A DNA stretch of 64,000 nt from an uncultured Microthrixaceae bacterium (GCA_963798355.1 CAWCSY010000006.1:528959-592958); one strand, 5' to 3'. Shown: positions 46,678 through 54,990, counted from the first letter of the stretch. A program made the numbers and translations. Notes: generated by a model not told the origin, from the sequence alone.

Positions 46678-47646
46678 TCATGGCGTACGGCGGTGGTGCG
46701 GGTCCGAGTGGTCCCAGTCGGCCAGCAGCGACCGCAGCGCGGTGAGCAGGATGAGGGGCTGATCGAGCATGGCGTGGTGCCCGGCTTCGGGGATCTCGAT
46801 GACCGGTGTGACCCGCCCGAGCTTGTCGAACATGTAGGCGCCGATGTCCTCGGTGACGAGACCGTGCTCCGAGCGCAGCAGGGCGAGGCGGCACGTGATC
46901 CGCGAGAGGTAGGGAAGGGCGACCGAGCGCATCCCCGACGCGAACTGGCTGAAGACCCGGCGGTCGAACTTCCACTGCCAGCCCTCGTCGACCGCGACGA
47001 GCGAGTGGCGGGCGACGTGATCGAGGACGAAGTCGCGATAGTGGTCCTGCGGCGGAACGGTGCGGAAGCGGGCGAGTGCCTCGTCGACCGAGGCGTAGGT
47101 CCGAGGCTGGCCGAACGCCTCTTTGAGTTGGTACGCACCGATCTCCGGGTCGGGCTCGGTGACCGGCGAGTCGCAGATGATGGCGCCACCGACCTGCTCG
47201 GCGTGGCGGGCCGCGGTCGCCATGGTCACGAACCCACCCATGCTGTGGCCGATGATCACCGGTGGACCGGAGATGCCGCCGTCGGCGGCCACGGCCATCA
47301 CCTCATCGGTCCACTGCTCGAGCCCGTAGTCGTCGCGGTGGCCGCTGTCGCCGTGCCCCGACAGGTCGATGGCGAGAACTCGGAAGTCGTCGGCGAAGGT
47401 GGCCGCGAGGAAGCTCCACCAGTGCGCGTGGGCGCCACCGCCGTGGACGAACACGAGACCGCGTCGACCACGCTCGCCCCACGCCAGGTAGTGCACGGCG
47501 CACCCGGCCAGGTCGACGTGCTCCTCGGTGAAGGGCACGGCGAGCGCTCGGGTGAACCAGGTGGGGGCGAGTGGAGCGGCGGACACGTCGGTCAACCTAC
47601 TGTTGCCGATCGTCGTCGATCCACGGTGGTCGCCGGTGGCAGACAT
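46678..47646 (-). CDS. alpha/beta hydrolase
   Basis: Contains LVFVHGGGAHAHWW and the nucleophile elbow GHSMGG. Start is uncertain (ATG 47646, TTG 47595 or GTG 47586), because ATG 47646 leaves only 25 nt to the divergent gene. Confidence 0.8.
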   Translation of the reverse strand: MSATGDHRGSTTIGNSRLTDVSAAPLAPTWFTRALAVPFTEEHVDLAGCAVHYLAWGERGRRGLVFVHGGGAHAHWWSFLAATFADDFRVLAIDLSGHGDSGHRDDYGLEQWTDEVMAVAADGGISGPPVIIGHSMGGFVTMATAARHAEQVGGAIICDSPVTEPDPEIGAYQLKEAFGQPRTYASVDEALARFRTVPPQDHYRDFVLDHVARHSLVAVDEGWQWKFDRRVFSQFASGMRSVALPYLSRITCRLALLRSEHGLVTEDIGAYMFDKLGRVTPVIEIPEAGHHAMLDQPLILLTALRSLLADWDHSDPHHRRTP

Positions 47647-47671
47647 CCCCTGACGGAAGTGGACGAGAGCG

Positions 47672-48619
47672 ATGACATCGCCTGGGTGTGGGCCGCACGG
47701 GGAGGGTGAGCTGCAGGGCGTGCGCCTGGTGGCTGACGGGCTGGTGTTCCCCGAAGGTCCGGTGGCCATGGATGACGGGACGGTGCTCGTCGTCGAGATG
47801 TACGCCGGCCGCGTGAGCCGGATCACGCCGAGCGGCGCTGAACTGGTTGCCGAGACCGGCGGATGTCCGAACGGTCTGGCGGTCGGTCCGGATGGAGCGC
47901 TCTACGTGTGCAACAACGATGCGATGGGCGCAGATGGTGGAGGACGCATCGAGCGGATCGATCTCCGGAGCGGCGTGGTCGAGCGGCTCTTCTCGGAGGT
48001 CGGTGGGAAACCGCTGGGCTGCCCGAACGACCTGGTCTTCGACCGGGCAGGTGGCTTCTGGTTCACCGACTTCGGGCGACCGAGCCGTCGCTCGACCCGG
48101 TACGGCGGCATCTACTACGTGGATGCGCTGGGCGAACCGCACGAGGTGGTGCATCCCGTCGACAACCCGAACGGGATCGGCCTTTCGCCCGACGGCTCCA
48201 CCCTCTACTGGGCCGAGACCGAGACGCGTCGCGTGGTCCGTCGATCGGTGGTGGCACCGGGAGTGCTCGCTCCCACCACCGGAGATTCGGCCCTGACCGT
48301 CATCGTCGGACACCCGACGGACGAGAGCCTCCTCGTGGCCGGGCTGCCCGGGAACCGTCGCCTGGACTCCCTTGCCGTGGATGCGGACGGCTACGTCGCG
48401 GTCGGGACGTTGCTCGACAGCGGCATCACCGAGGTCGATCCGGAGTCCGGGACGACGACCCTGCTGCGGCTCCCGGGGTGGGCCACCGATCGCCTCGTCA
48501 CCAACATCTGCTTCGGGGGACCTGACCTGCGCACCGGGTACCTCACCCTGTCCGAGACCGGGCGCCTCGTGGCGTGCGACTGGCCTCGGCCAGGCCTGGA
48601 GCTGGCCTTTCGGGCGTAG
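47672..48619 (+). CDS. SMP-30/gluconolactonase/LRE-like protein
   Basis: 315 aa. Contains LVFPEGPVAMDDG, GCPNDLVFDRAGGFWFTD, NGIGLSPDGSTLYWAET. Confidence 0.85.
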   Translation: MTSPGCGPHGEGELQGVRLVADGLVFPEGPVAMDDGTVLVVEMYAGRVSRITPSGAELVAETGGCPNGLAVGPDGALYVCNNDAMGADGGGRIERIDLRSGVVERLFSEVGGKPLGCPNDLVFDRAGGFWFTDFGRPSRRSTRYGGIYYVDALGEPHEVVHPVDNPNGIGLSPDGSTLYWAETETRRVVRRSVVAPGVLAPTTGDSALTVIVGHPTDESLLVAGLPGNRRLDSLAVDADGYVAVGTLLDSGITEVDPESGTTTLLRLPGWATDRLVTNICFGGPDLRTGYLTLSETGRLVACDWPRPGLELAFRA

Positions 48620-48646
48620 CGGAGCGCGTGCTGCCAGGATGACGCT

Positions 48647-49114
48647 ATGAACGAACGCTTCGAGGTGCAGCGAACGATCCCGGCCGAGGCCTCCACCATC
48701 TTCGATGTGGTGAGCAGCCCGAAGGGGCACGTTGCCATCGATGCGTCGGGGATGCTGCAGTCCTCCTCGGGCGAGCCGGCGCACGCGCTGGGCGACACCT
48801 TCGTGGTCCACATGGATCGCGAGTCGCTCGGTGATCTGCCCATGGGCAAGTACGACGTGACGGTCACCATCACCGGCTACGAGCAGGACCGGTTCATCAC
48901 CTGGGAGGTCTCGGGACCGGGCTTCCCGAGCATCGGCCACTACTACGGCTACCGGCTCGAGCCCGTCGACGGCGGCACGCTCGTCACCTCCATCTACGAC
49001 TGGTCCGGGGTCGACGAGAAGTGGAAGCCGGACGGCACCTGGCCGATCATCCCGGAGTCCGCCTTGAAGGCCACCCTCGGCATCCTCGAGCGCACCGTCC
49101 GGTCCGACAGCTGA
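48647..49114 (+). CDS. SRPBCC (polyketide cyclase/START-like) family protein
   Basis: 155 aa. FEVQRTIPAEASTIFDVVSSPKGH is typical of the SRPBCC fold. Confidence 0.7.
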   Translation: MNERFEVQRTIPAEASTIFDVVSSPKGHVAIDASGMLQSSSGEPAHALGDTFVVHMDRESLGDLPMGKYDVTVTITGYEQDRFITWEVSGPGFPSIGHYYGYRLEPVDGGTLVTSIYDWSGVDEKWKPDGTWPIIPESALKATLGILERTVRSDS

Positions 49115-49147
49115 CGCTCGGGCGGGTGGGCGCACCCACTGCAGGCT

Positions 49148-50200
49148 TCACAGGTCGTTCGGGACGTCCCAGGTGACGCGGACTCCGCCGGATGGCTGGT
49201 TCTCGATGGTGAGGTTCCCGCCGAGCTCGTGGGCCCTTGCGGTCATGTTGGCAACGCCTCGGCCGCCGATCACCTGGTCGGGGATCCCGACGCCGTCATC
49301 GGTGATGGTGAGCGTGACCCGGTCGGTGACGCTCACCGCGACGCGGACATGGGTTGCGCCGGCGTGCTTGGCGACGTTGGCCAGGGCCTCGCGAAGAACT
49401 GGTTCCAGCTGATCGGCGATGGCATCGTCGAGGGTCTCGACCGGGCCGTCGAACTGCACCCGAGGTTCGGACCCGAGACCGAGGGCGGCATCGGTGGTGA
49501 CGGCGAGGAGCCGTCCGCGGAGACCGCCCGGCACGCGCCCCGAAGCCTGTAGCGAGAAGATGGCCGAGCGGAGCTCCTTGATCGTCTCGTCGAGCCCGTC
49601 GATCGTGGCCAGGAGCCTGTCTCGGGTCCGGTCGGGATCGTCGAGGCTCGACATGGCGGCCTGGAGGTTGAGTCCTTCTCCGAACAGCCGCTGGATGACG
49701 GTGTCGTGCAGGTCGCGGGCGATGCGCTCCCTGTCGCTCGAGACCGCCACGACCTGCTCGGCCTCGCGCAGTGCATCCCGGCTGGCCCGGAGCTCGGCGT
49801 CTGCCGCGAGCCGCGCGGTGATGTCGCGCACCGCGGCGATGGCGAAGGTTTCGCCGTCGAGTTGCAGCGGGCTCAGGCTGATCTCGACCGGGACCTCGGT
49901 CCCGTCCGACCGTCGGGCCCACAAGTCGAGCCCGGCCCCCATCGGTCGAACGGTGGGATCCTCGCGATAGCGCATGCGGTGCAACCGGTGCGCCGCGCGC
50001 ATCGATTCGGGGAGGAGGTCCTCGACCGATCGAACCAGCAGATCGTCGGGGTCGAAGCCGAAGAGCCTGATCGCGTGCTCGTTGGCGTACGCGATCTCGC
50101 CGCTGACGGCCACGATCACCATCGCGTCGGGGGCGGCCTCGAGCAGGGACCACGCGAACTCGTCGCCGTACGCCTCGAGGAGGCGAGACCGTGCTCCCAT
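49148..50200 (-). CDS. soluble PAS-domain sensor histidine kinase, HisKA_3/DevS-type kinase core
   Basis: ATG 50200 follows GGAGG. PAS domain (LLEAAPDAMVIVAVSGEIAYANEHAIRLFG), H-box ERIARDLHDTVIQRLF, ATPase boxes EALANVAKHA and DDGVGIP. No TM segment. Confidence 0.9.
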   Translation of the reverse strand: MGARSRLLEAYGDEFAWSLLEAAPDAMVIVAVSGEIAYANEHAIRLFGFDPDDLLVRSVEDLLPESMRAAHRLHRMRYREDPTVRPMGAGLDLWARRSDGTEVPVEISLSPLQLDGETFAIAAVRDITARLAADAELRASRDALREAEQVVAVSSDRERIARDLHDTVIQRLFGEGLNLQAAMSSLDDPDRTRDRLLATIDGLDETIKELRSAIFSLQASGRVPGGLRGRLLAVTTDAALGLGSEPRVQFDGPVETLDDAIADQLEPVLREALANVAKHAGATHVRVAVSVTDRVTLTITDDGVGIPDQVIGGRGVANMTARAHELGGNLTIENQPSGGVRVTWDVPNDL

Positions 50201-50300
50201 CGCGACCTCCGAGGCTCGGCGGCTTCCGACGGGTCGGCTGCCGTCGTCGCCCGGAATGTAGTGCAGTCGATCGGTGGCCCGGCGCCCGTGATCAGGTTGA

Positions 50301-50318
50301 TTGGGACCATTGACCCTT
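50301..50318. promoter_or_regulatory. degenerate DosR-type box
   Basis: TTGGGACCATTGACCCTT, that is GGGAC-N4-GaCCC. It lies between the kinase start (50200) and the PPOX start (50344). Confidence 0.4.
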
Positions 50319-50343
50319 TCGTCAGGCGGCAACGGCCGGGAAC

Positions 50344-50808
50344 ATGGGCCCGTGGAGTTCGATCGCAACGGGCTTGCCCTCCTCGACCTTGGTGAATGCC
50401 GCGTCTCTCCTCGGGGCGTCGGGCATCGGGCGACTTGCGCTGTCCGTCCAGGCTCTGCCAGTGGTGCTGCCCGTCAACTTCACGCTCATGGGCGACGGGA
50501 TCCTGATTCGCACCGGAGCCGGCTCGAAGTTCGACCAGGCCTGCGACCGGGCCGTCGTCGGCTTCGAGATAGATGGCTACGACTCGATGAGCCAGACCGG
50601 CTGGAGCGTCCTCGTGCAGGGTCATGCCCGCGTCCTCCAGGCACCGGCTGAGCTGGCCGACGCCCATCGGGCCGGGCTGACCCCGTGGGGCAACCCGTCG
50701 GCAGACACGTTCATCAGGGTGAGTCTCGACATCGTGACGGGCCGGCGCCTCGGCGGCTGGTACTGGCCGCACGGCCTCCCGCACGTGCCGCATCCCGATC
50801 GGCGCTGA
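50344..50808 (+). CDS. pyridoxamine 5'-phosphate oxidase (PPOX) family protein
   Basis: Contains GRLALSVQALPVVLPVNFTLMGDGILIRTGAGSKF and GWSVLVQGHARV. The expected N-terminal block (VEFDRNGLALLDLGEC) is in another frame (GTG 50352), which suggests a frame change near 50398. Confidence 0.7.
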   Translation: MGPWSSIATGLPSSTLVNAASLLGASGIGRLALSVQALPVVLPVNFTLMGDGILIRTGAGSKFDQACDRAVVGFEIDGYDSMSQTGWSVLVQGHARVLQAPAELADAHRAGLTPWGNPSADTFIRVSLDIVTGRRLGGWYWPHGLPHVPHPDRR

Positions 50809-50855
50809 CTCGTACCGACCATCACACCGGCCGACCCACCACACCGGAGGCACCG

Positions 50856-51770
50856 ATGCAGGCTCTCGTCATCTACGAATCGATGTACGGCAACACGCAC
50901 CAGGTGGCCGACGCCATCAGTCGCGGCCTCGTGGAGGTCGGCGACGTGGTCGTCGTCCCGGTCGAGCGAGCGACTCCTGAGCTCCTTGCCGGCGCCGACC
51001 TGCTGGTCGTCGGCGGGCCGACCCACGTGCATGGGATGTCGCGCGAGAGCACGCGCAAGGCGGCGGTCGAACAGGCCGCCGCGGCCGACAGCTCACTCGA
51101 GGTCGACGCGGACGCCGAAGGTGAGGGGCTGCGCGAGTGGTTCGATCAGCTGGGCGACGCTCCAGGTGCCGCCGCTGCGTTCGACACCCGTTTCGATGCG
51201 TCACCTCTGCTCACCGGCCGCGCATCGAAGGGGATCGCCAAGCGTCTCCGACGGCACGGAGTCGAGGTGATCGTCGAACCGATGAGCTTCCTGGTGCACA
51301 AGGACAACACCCTCGGCGGCGGCGAGCTCGTGCGTGCGGAACGATGGGGCCACGACCTGGGCCAGGCCCTCGAAGCCCGCGCGGAACCCCCCGACGGCGA
51401 CCATCCGCCGGTCCGTCTGAGCCAGCAGGCGGGGTGGTCACCCACGTCAGGCGTCGATGACCTCGAACCCCACGCTCACGTTGGCGCTCGATGTGTCGAT
51501 GGCCCGGATCGCTCCGACCACCCGCACGCAGGCGACTTCGGCGACCGCCGTCGGGATCGGCTCGGACGCCCGCAGCGTGACGCGCACCCCTCTGCCGGCT
51601 CGGGTGACGCGGGCGGAGGCCAGTACGTCGTGGAGGTCGTGGAGGTCGAGCACCTGACGGAACATGGTGCGTGCGGTCTCCTCGTGGCGGGGGAGGGGTG
51701 CGGCCATGGCGGCCTGCACGGCATCGACCACCTCGCTCGGGTCTTCCGCGAACGAGGAGGCGAACGGTGA
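50856..51770 (+). CDS. flavodoxin-like protein; 3' end doubtful
   Basis: ATG 50856 follows GGAGG. Contains MQALVIYESMYGNTHQVADAI and LLVVGGPTHVHG. The homology-like sequence ends near 51380, but the ORF runs on to 51770, 324 nt into the convergent gene. Confidence 0.7.
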   Translation: MQALVIYESMYGNTHQVADAISRGLVEVGDVVVVPVERATPELLAGADLLVVGGPTHVHGMSRESTRKAAVEQAAAADSSLEVDADAEGEGLREWFDQLGDAPGAAAAFDTRFDASPLLTGRASKGIAKRLRRHGVEVIVEPMSFLVHKDNTLGGGELVRAERWGHDLGQALEARAEPPDGDHPPVRLSQQAGWSPTSGVDDLEPHAHVGARCVDGPDRSDHPHAGDFGDRRRDRLGRPQRDAHPSAGSGDAGGGQYVVEVVEVEHLTEHGACGLLVAGEGCGHGGLHGIDHLARVFRERGGER

Positions 51771-52073
51771 CAAGGGCGAGTGGCTGTGATCCCCGACGAG
51801 AACCAGCGGGACGTACTGGCGCAGCGCGCACCGCGTTCCCTCTCTGACCTCGGCGTCGAGCAGGCCCGGGTCGCTCGACCGGGCGACCACCGCGGAGATC
51901 GCCGATTCGTCGAGCGGGCAGTCGTGCTGCGAGGTGAGCCCCTTGCAGGGGAAGGCGGGACGGCCCGGCTCGTGGCACCGGGCCACTTCGATGCCGGCGC
52001 CGACCAAGGCGTCGACCAGAGGAACGGTGGCATCACCGTCGTCATCGACGAGCAGCACGCGCATGGGAACCAT
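51447..52073 (-). CDS. hypothetical protein with a receiver-like (pseudo-receiver) N-terminus
   Basis: 208 aa with strong GC3 bias. MRVLLVDDDGDATVPLVDAL resembles the start of a REC domain. No clear phospho-acceptor Asp context. Cys/His-rich insert CHEPGRPAFPCKGLTSQHDCP. Confidence 0.55.
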   Translation of the reverse strand: MVPMRVLLVDDDGDATVPLVDALVGAGIEVARCHEPGRPAFPCKGLTSQHDCPLDESAISAVVARSSDPGLLDAEVREGTRCALRQYVPLVLVGDHSHSPLSPFASSFAEDPSEVVDAVQAAMAAPLPRHEETARTMFRQVLDLHDLHDVLASARVTRAGRGVRVTLRASEPIPTAVAEVACVRVVGAIRAIDTSSANVSVGFEVIDA

Positions 52074-52190
52074 CCTTTGCCGTCGGCCGGGCGACCGAGC
52101 TCCAGACGGTCACGCTCGCTCTGATGGCCGGTCCGGACCAGAGGCGAAGGTCCCATCGGTCGACGCTCCCTGCACTCGGCCGATGGACCG

Positions 52191-52865
52191 TCAGCGAGGT
52201 CCGTCTCTCCGGGCCACCCGGTCGGCCTGGCGGGCGGCGTACACCGCGGCCTCCGTTCGCCGCGACATGCCCATCTTGGCCAGGAGGTTCGAGACGTAGT
52301 TCTTGATCGTCTTCTCCGCCAGGAACATCTGATCGGCGATCTGGCGGTTCGTGAGCCCTTCGGCCAGCAGGGCCAGGATGCGTCGCTCCTGGTCGGTGAG
52401 GTGCTTGAGCCGCTCGTCCTCCGCCTCACCGTTGCGGAGCCGGTCGAGGACCTTGGCCGACAGCTTGGGGTCGAGCAGCGATTCGCCGGCCGCGATCTTG
52501 GTGACCGCGTCGATCAGGTCGCTGGTCCTGATCTCCTTGAGCACGTAGCCGTCGGCTCCCGCCATGATGGCGTCGAACAGCGCCTCGTCATCGGAGTACG
52601 ACGTCAGCATCAGGCAATGGATCTCCGGGTGCTTCGATCGGATCTCGCGGCACACCTCGACGCCGTTGCCGTCGGGGAGCCGCACATCGAGCACCGCGAC
52701 ATCCGGCGTGGTGGCCGGGATGCGGCCGTAGGCCTCCTCGGCGGTCCCGGCCTCTCCCACCACCGTCATCGTGCCGGTGCTCTCGAGCAGCTCGCGAACG
52801 CCTCGCCGAACGATCTCGTGGTCATCGAGGAGGAAGACGCGGATCACCACGCCATTGTGACCCAC
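52191..52865 (-). CDS. devR: NarL/LuxR-family response regulator, DevR/DosR-like
   Basis: Blocks VFLLDDHEIVRRG, PDVAVLDVRLPDGNG, LTSYSDDEA, LTDQERRIL and GLTNRQIADQMFLAEKTIKNYVS closely follow the M. tuberculosis DevR/DosR sequence as I remember it. Confidence 0.85.
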   Translation of the reverse strand: MGHNGVVIRVFLLDDHEIVRRGVRELLESTGTMTVVGEAGTAEEAYGRIPATTPDVAVLDVRLPDGNGVEVCREIRSKHPEIHCLMLTSYSDDEALFDAIMAGADGYVLKEIRTSDLIDAVTKIAAGESLLDPKLSAKVLDRLRNGEAEDERLKHLTDQERRILALLAEGLTNRQIADQMFLAEKTIKNYVSNLLAKMGMSRRTEAAVYAARQADRVARRDGPR

Positions 52866-52887
52866 CTGAGGTGACCTACCTGCGGAT

Positions 52888-52907
52888 CATGGGACCAAAG
52901 TCCCGAT
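52888..52907. promoter_or_regulatory. DosR-type box
   Basis: CATGGGACCAAAGTCCCGAT. The core GGGAC-CAAA-GTCCC matches the remembered consensus TTSGGGACTWWAGTCCCSAA at 13 of 14 core positions. It lies between the devR-like start and the multicopper oxidase gene. Confidence 0.6.
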
Positions 52908-53026
52908 CGGTCGTGGACCGCCGACCCTTCTGAGAGGCGCGAAGGGAGCAGACGCTCGATGCGCACCGCCGTGCACCGACGCGCGACCCGCCATCGGAAT
53001 CGGCACAACCGGTAGGAGCCCCCTGC

Positions 53027-54478
53027 ATGCCCGCCAACCCTGGAACGGAAGGTCGCAGCACCTTCTCCCTCATCGCCGTGCTCGTCGCGCTGGCGTCGTT
53101 CCTCATCGCGACCATCTGCGTGGTGGTCGTCTCCTCGTCGGACTCGCTGTCGGCCAGTTCGACGACCACCCAGGCCGCGCCTATCGCCGTGACCCTTTCG
53201 GAGTTCAAGATCACGCCGGCGACCATCAACGCCGAGGCCGGCAACGTCACGCTGAGCGTGACGAACGGCGGCACGCAGGTGCACAACCTGTCGGTCACTC
53301 CTGGGGGACAACGCACCCCGGACATCCCTGGGGGTGCCACGGTCCCGTTCGACCTCGGCAAGCTCGCTGCCGGCACCTACCAGGTGGAGTGCCTCATCCC
53401 CGGCCACGCCGACTCCGGCATGAAGGCGACCCTGATCGTCGCGGCCGCCGGCTCCGGCCCGAGCCCGAGCGCATCGTCACCGGGCGACATGGCCGGCATG
53501 GACATGGGCTCGTCGGCGACGCCGACCGCTGAGCAGTACGCGGCGATGGATCAGAAGATGAGCGACGGCATGGCCGCCGGCCTGGACACGTTCGTGAAGG
53601 GCAACTCCACGACGGGTGCCGGCAACCAGAAGCTCGCCCCGACCATCGAGGCCGACGGCACGAAGGTCTTCGACCTGGAGGCCTCGATCATCGACTGGGA
53701 GGTTTCGCCGGGCAAGACGGTCAAGGCCTGGGCCTACAACGGGATGGTGCCCGGGCCGTGGATCCGGACCGAGCCCAACGACAAGGTCAAGGTCGTCATC
53801 ACGAACAGCTTGCCGGTGTCGACCGACATCCACTTCCACGGCATCACCACGCCGTTCGAGGCCGACGGCCTCGCGCCCCTGACCCAGCCGGCCATCGCTC
53901 CCGGCGAGACCTACACCTACTCGTGGACGAACCCGGATCATCCCGAACTGGGCATGTACCACGCCCACGACCACGGCCAGATCGCGGTCCTGAACGGGAT
54001 GTTCGCCGTGTTCCAGAGCGGCGACGTGGCCATGCCGCACGCGCAAACGATCGACTGGGAGACGATCCCGGGAGACCTGAAGGTCACCCAGGAGCTGCCG
54101 ATGGTGCTCAACGACGCCGGCACGATCGGGCTGTCGATCAACGGCAAGAGCTACCCGGCCACCGCTCCGATCGTCGCCGACCCCGGTGAGGTCGTGGAGG
54201 TCCACTACTACAACGAGGGTCTCCAGGCCCACCCGATGCACCTGCACCACCTCGAGCAGCTCGTGATCGCCAAGGACGGGTGGCCCTTGGCTCAGCCGTA
54301 CTACGCCGACACCATCCTCGTGAGTCCGGGCGAGCGCTACACGGTGCTGATCACCCCCACCGCCAACGACATCGGGGTGTGGGCCTACCACTGCCACATC
54401 CTCAGCCACGCCGAGAACGACAGCGGCCTGTTCGGCATGGTCACCGCCTTCATCGTCAACGATCCCAACAAGAAGTGA
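53027..54478 (+). CDS. membrane-anchored two-domain multicopper oxidase with an extra N-terminal cupredoxin domain
   Basis: RBS AGGAG. TM helix FSLIAVLVALASFLIATICVVVV. Type-1 copper-like motif CLIPGHADSGM. MCO motifs DIHFHG, YHAHDH, HPMHLHH, HCHILSHAENDSGLFGM. Confidence 0.85.
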   Translation: MPANPGTEGRSTFSLIAVLVALASFLIATICVVVVSSSDSLSASSTTTQAAPIAVTLSEFKITPATINAEAGNVTLSVTNGGTQVHNLSVTPGGQRTPDIPGGATVPFDLGKLAAGTYQVECLIPGHADSGMKATLIVAAAGSGPSPSASSPGDMAGMDMGSSATPTAEQYAAMDQKMSDGMAAGLDTFVKGNSTTGAGNQKLAPTIEADGTKVFDLEASIIDWEVSPGKTVKAWAYNGMVPGPWIRTEPNDKVKVVITNSLPVSTDIHFHGITTPFEADGLAPLTQPAIAPGETYTYSWTNPDHPELGMYHAHDHGQIAVLNGMFAVFQSGDVAMPHAQTIDWETIPGDLKVTQELPMVLNDAGTIGLSINGKSYPATAPIVADPGEVVEVHYYNEGLQAHPMHLHHLEQLVIAKDGWPLAQPYYADTILVSPGERYTVLITPTANDIGVWAYHCHILSHAENDSGLFGMVTAFIVNDPNKK

Positions 54479-54496
54479 GTGCCTCCATGGCATGAT

Positions 54497-54524
54497 CCCC
54501 TGGCCGCGGCATTGCGGCCAGGGG
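54497..54524 (+). other. perfect 11-bp-stem hairpin between the oxidase and the SnoaL-like gene
   Basis: CCCCTGGCCGC-ggcatt-GCGGCCAGGGG. The 3' arm overlaps the GGGGAGG ribosome-binding site of ATG 54535. No U-tract follows. Confidence 0.5.
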
Positions 54525-54534
54525 AGGTCCACCG

Positions 54535-54990
54535 ATGATCAGCGACGACCTGCGGCATCGCCGTCTCGAGATCGTCGAGGAGCACTTCCGCACGGAGGTG
54601 ACCCAGGAGTTCGATCTCACCCTGGCCACGTTCGGCGGCCACCCGCACTACGAGATCATGGCCACCGGCCAGGTCTTCGACGGTGACGAAGAGGTCAGGG
54701 GCTACTACCGGACCACCCGGACCGCGTTCCCCGATCAACGCCACGACGGCGTGCACCACCACGTGGCCGACGATGCAGTGATCTCGGAGTTCGATCTCCT
54801 CGGCACGAACCTGGGGGAGCTCTACGGACTCCCGCCCACAGGCAAGGCCTACCGCGTCCCGGTCATCGCCGTGTTCTTCTTCGAGGGTGACCGGATCACG
54901 AACGAACGGGTCTACTTCGACGCCGCCAGCCTCCTCACCCAGATCGGCCGAGGTGAACTGCTCGGGCTCGCTACGTCAGGTGATCTCTGA
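54535..54990 (+). CDS. SnoaL-like ester cyclase family protein
   Basis: 151 aa. Contains VRGYYRTTRTAFPDQRHD and GLPPTGKAYRVPVIAVFFFEGDRITNERVYFD. Confidence 0.8.
   Translation: MISDDLRHRRLEIVEEHFRTEVTQEFDLTLATFGGHPHYEIMATGQVFDGDEEVRGYYRTTRTAFPDQRHDGVHHHVADDAVISEFDLLGTNLGELYGLPPTGKAYRVPVIAVFFFEGDRITNERVYFDAASLLTQIGRGELLGLATSGDL

Noticed and set aside
49166-49175. Palindrome GGGACGTCCC resembling fused DosR half-sites
   Set aside because: It is inside the last codons of the histidine kinase gene (..WDVPN..) and has zero spacing instead of 4 nt. It is most likely coincidental.
52130-52139. 10-bp palindrome GGTCCGGACC between the pseudo-receiver gene and devR
   Set aside because: It is short and GC-rich, so it is expected by chance in this composition. 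There is no second copy and no clear relation to the DosR box.
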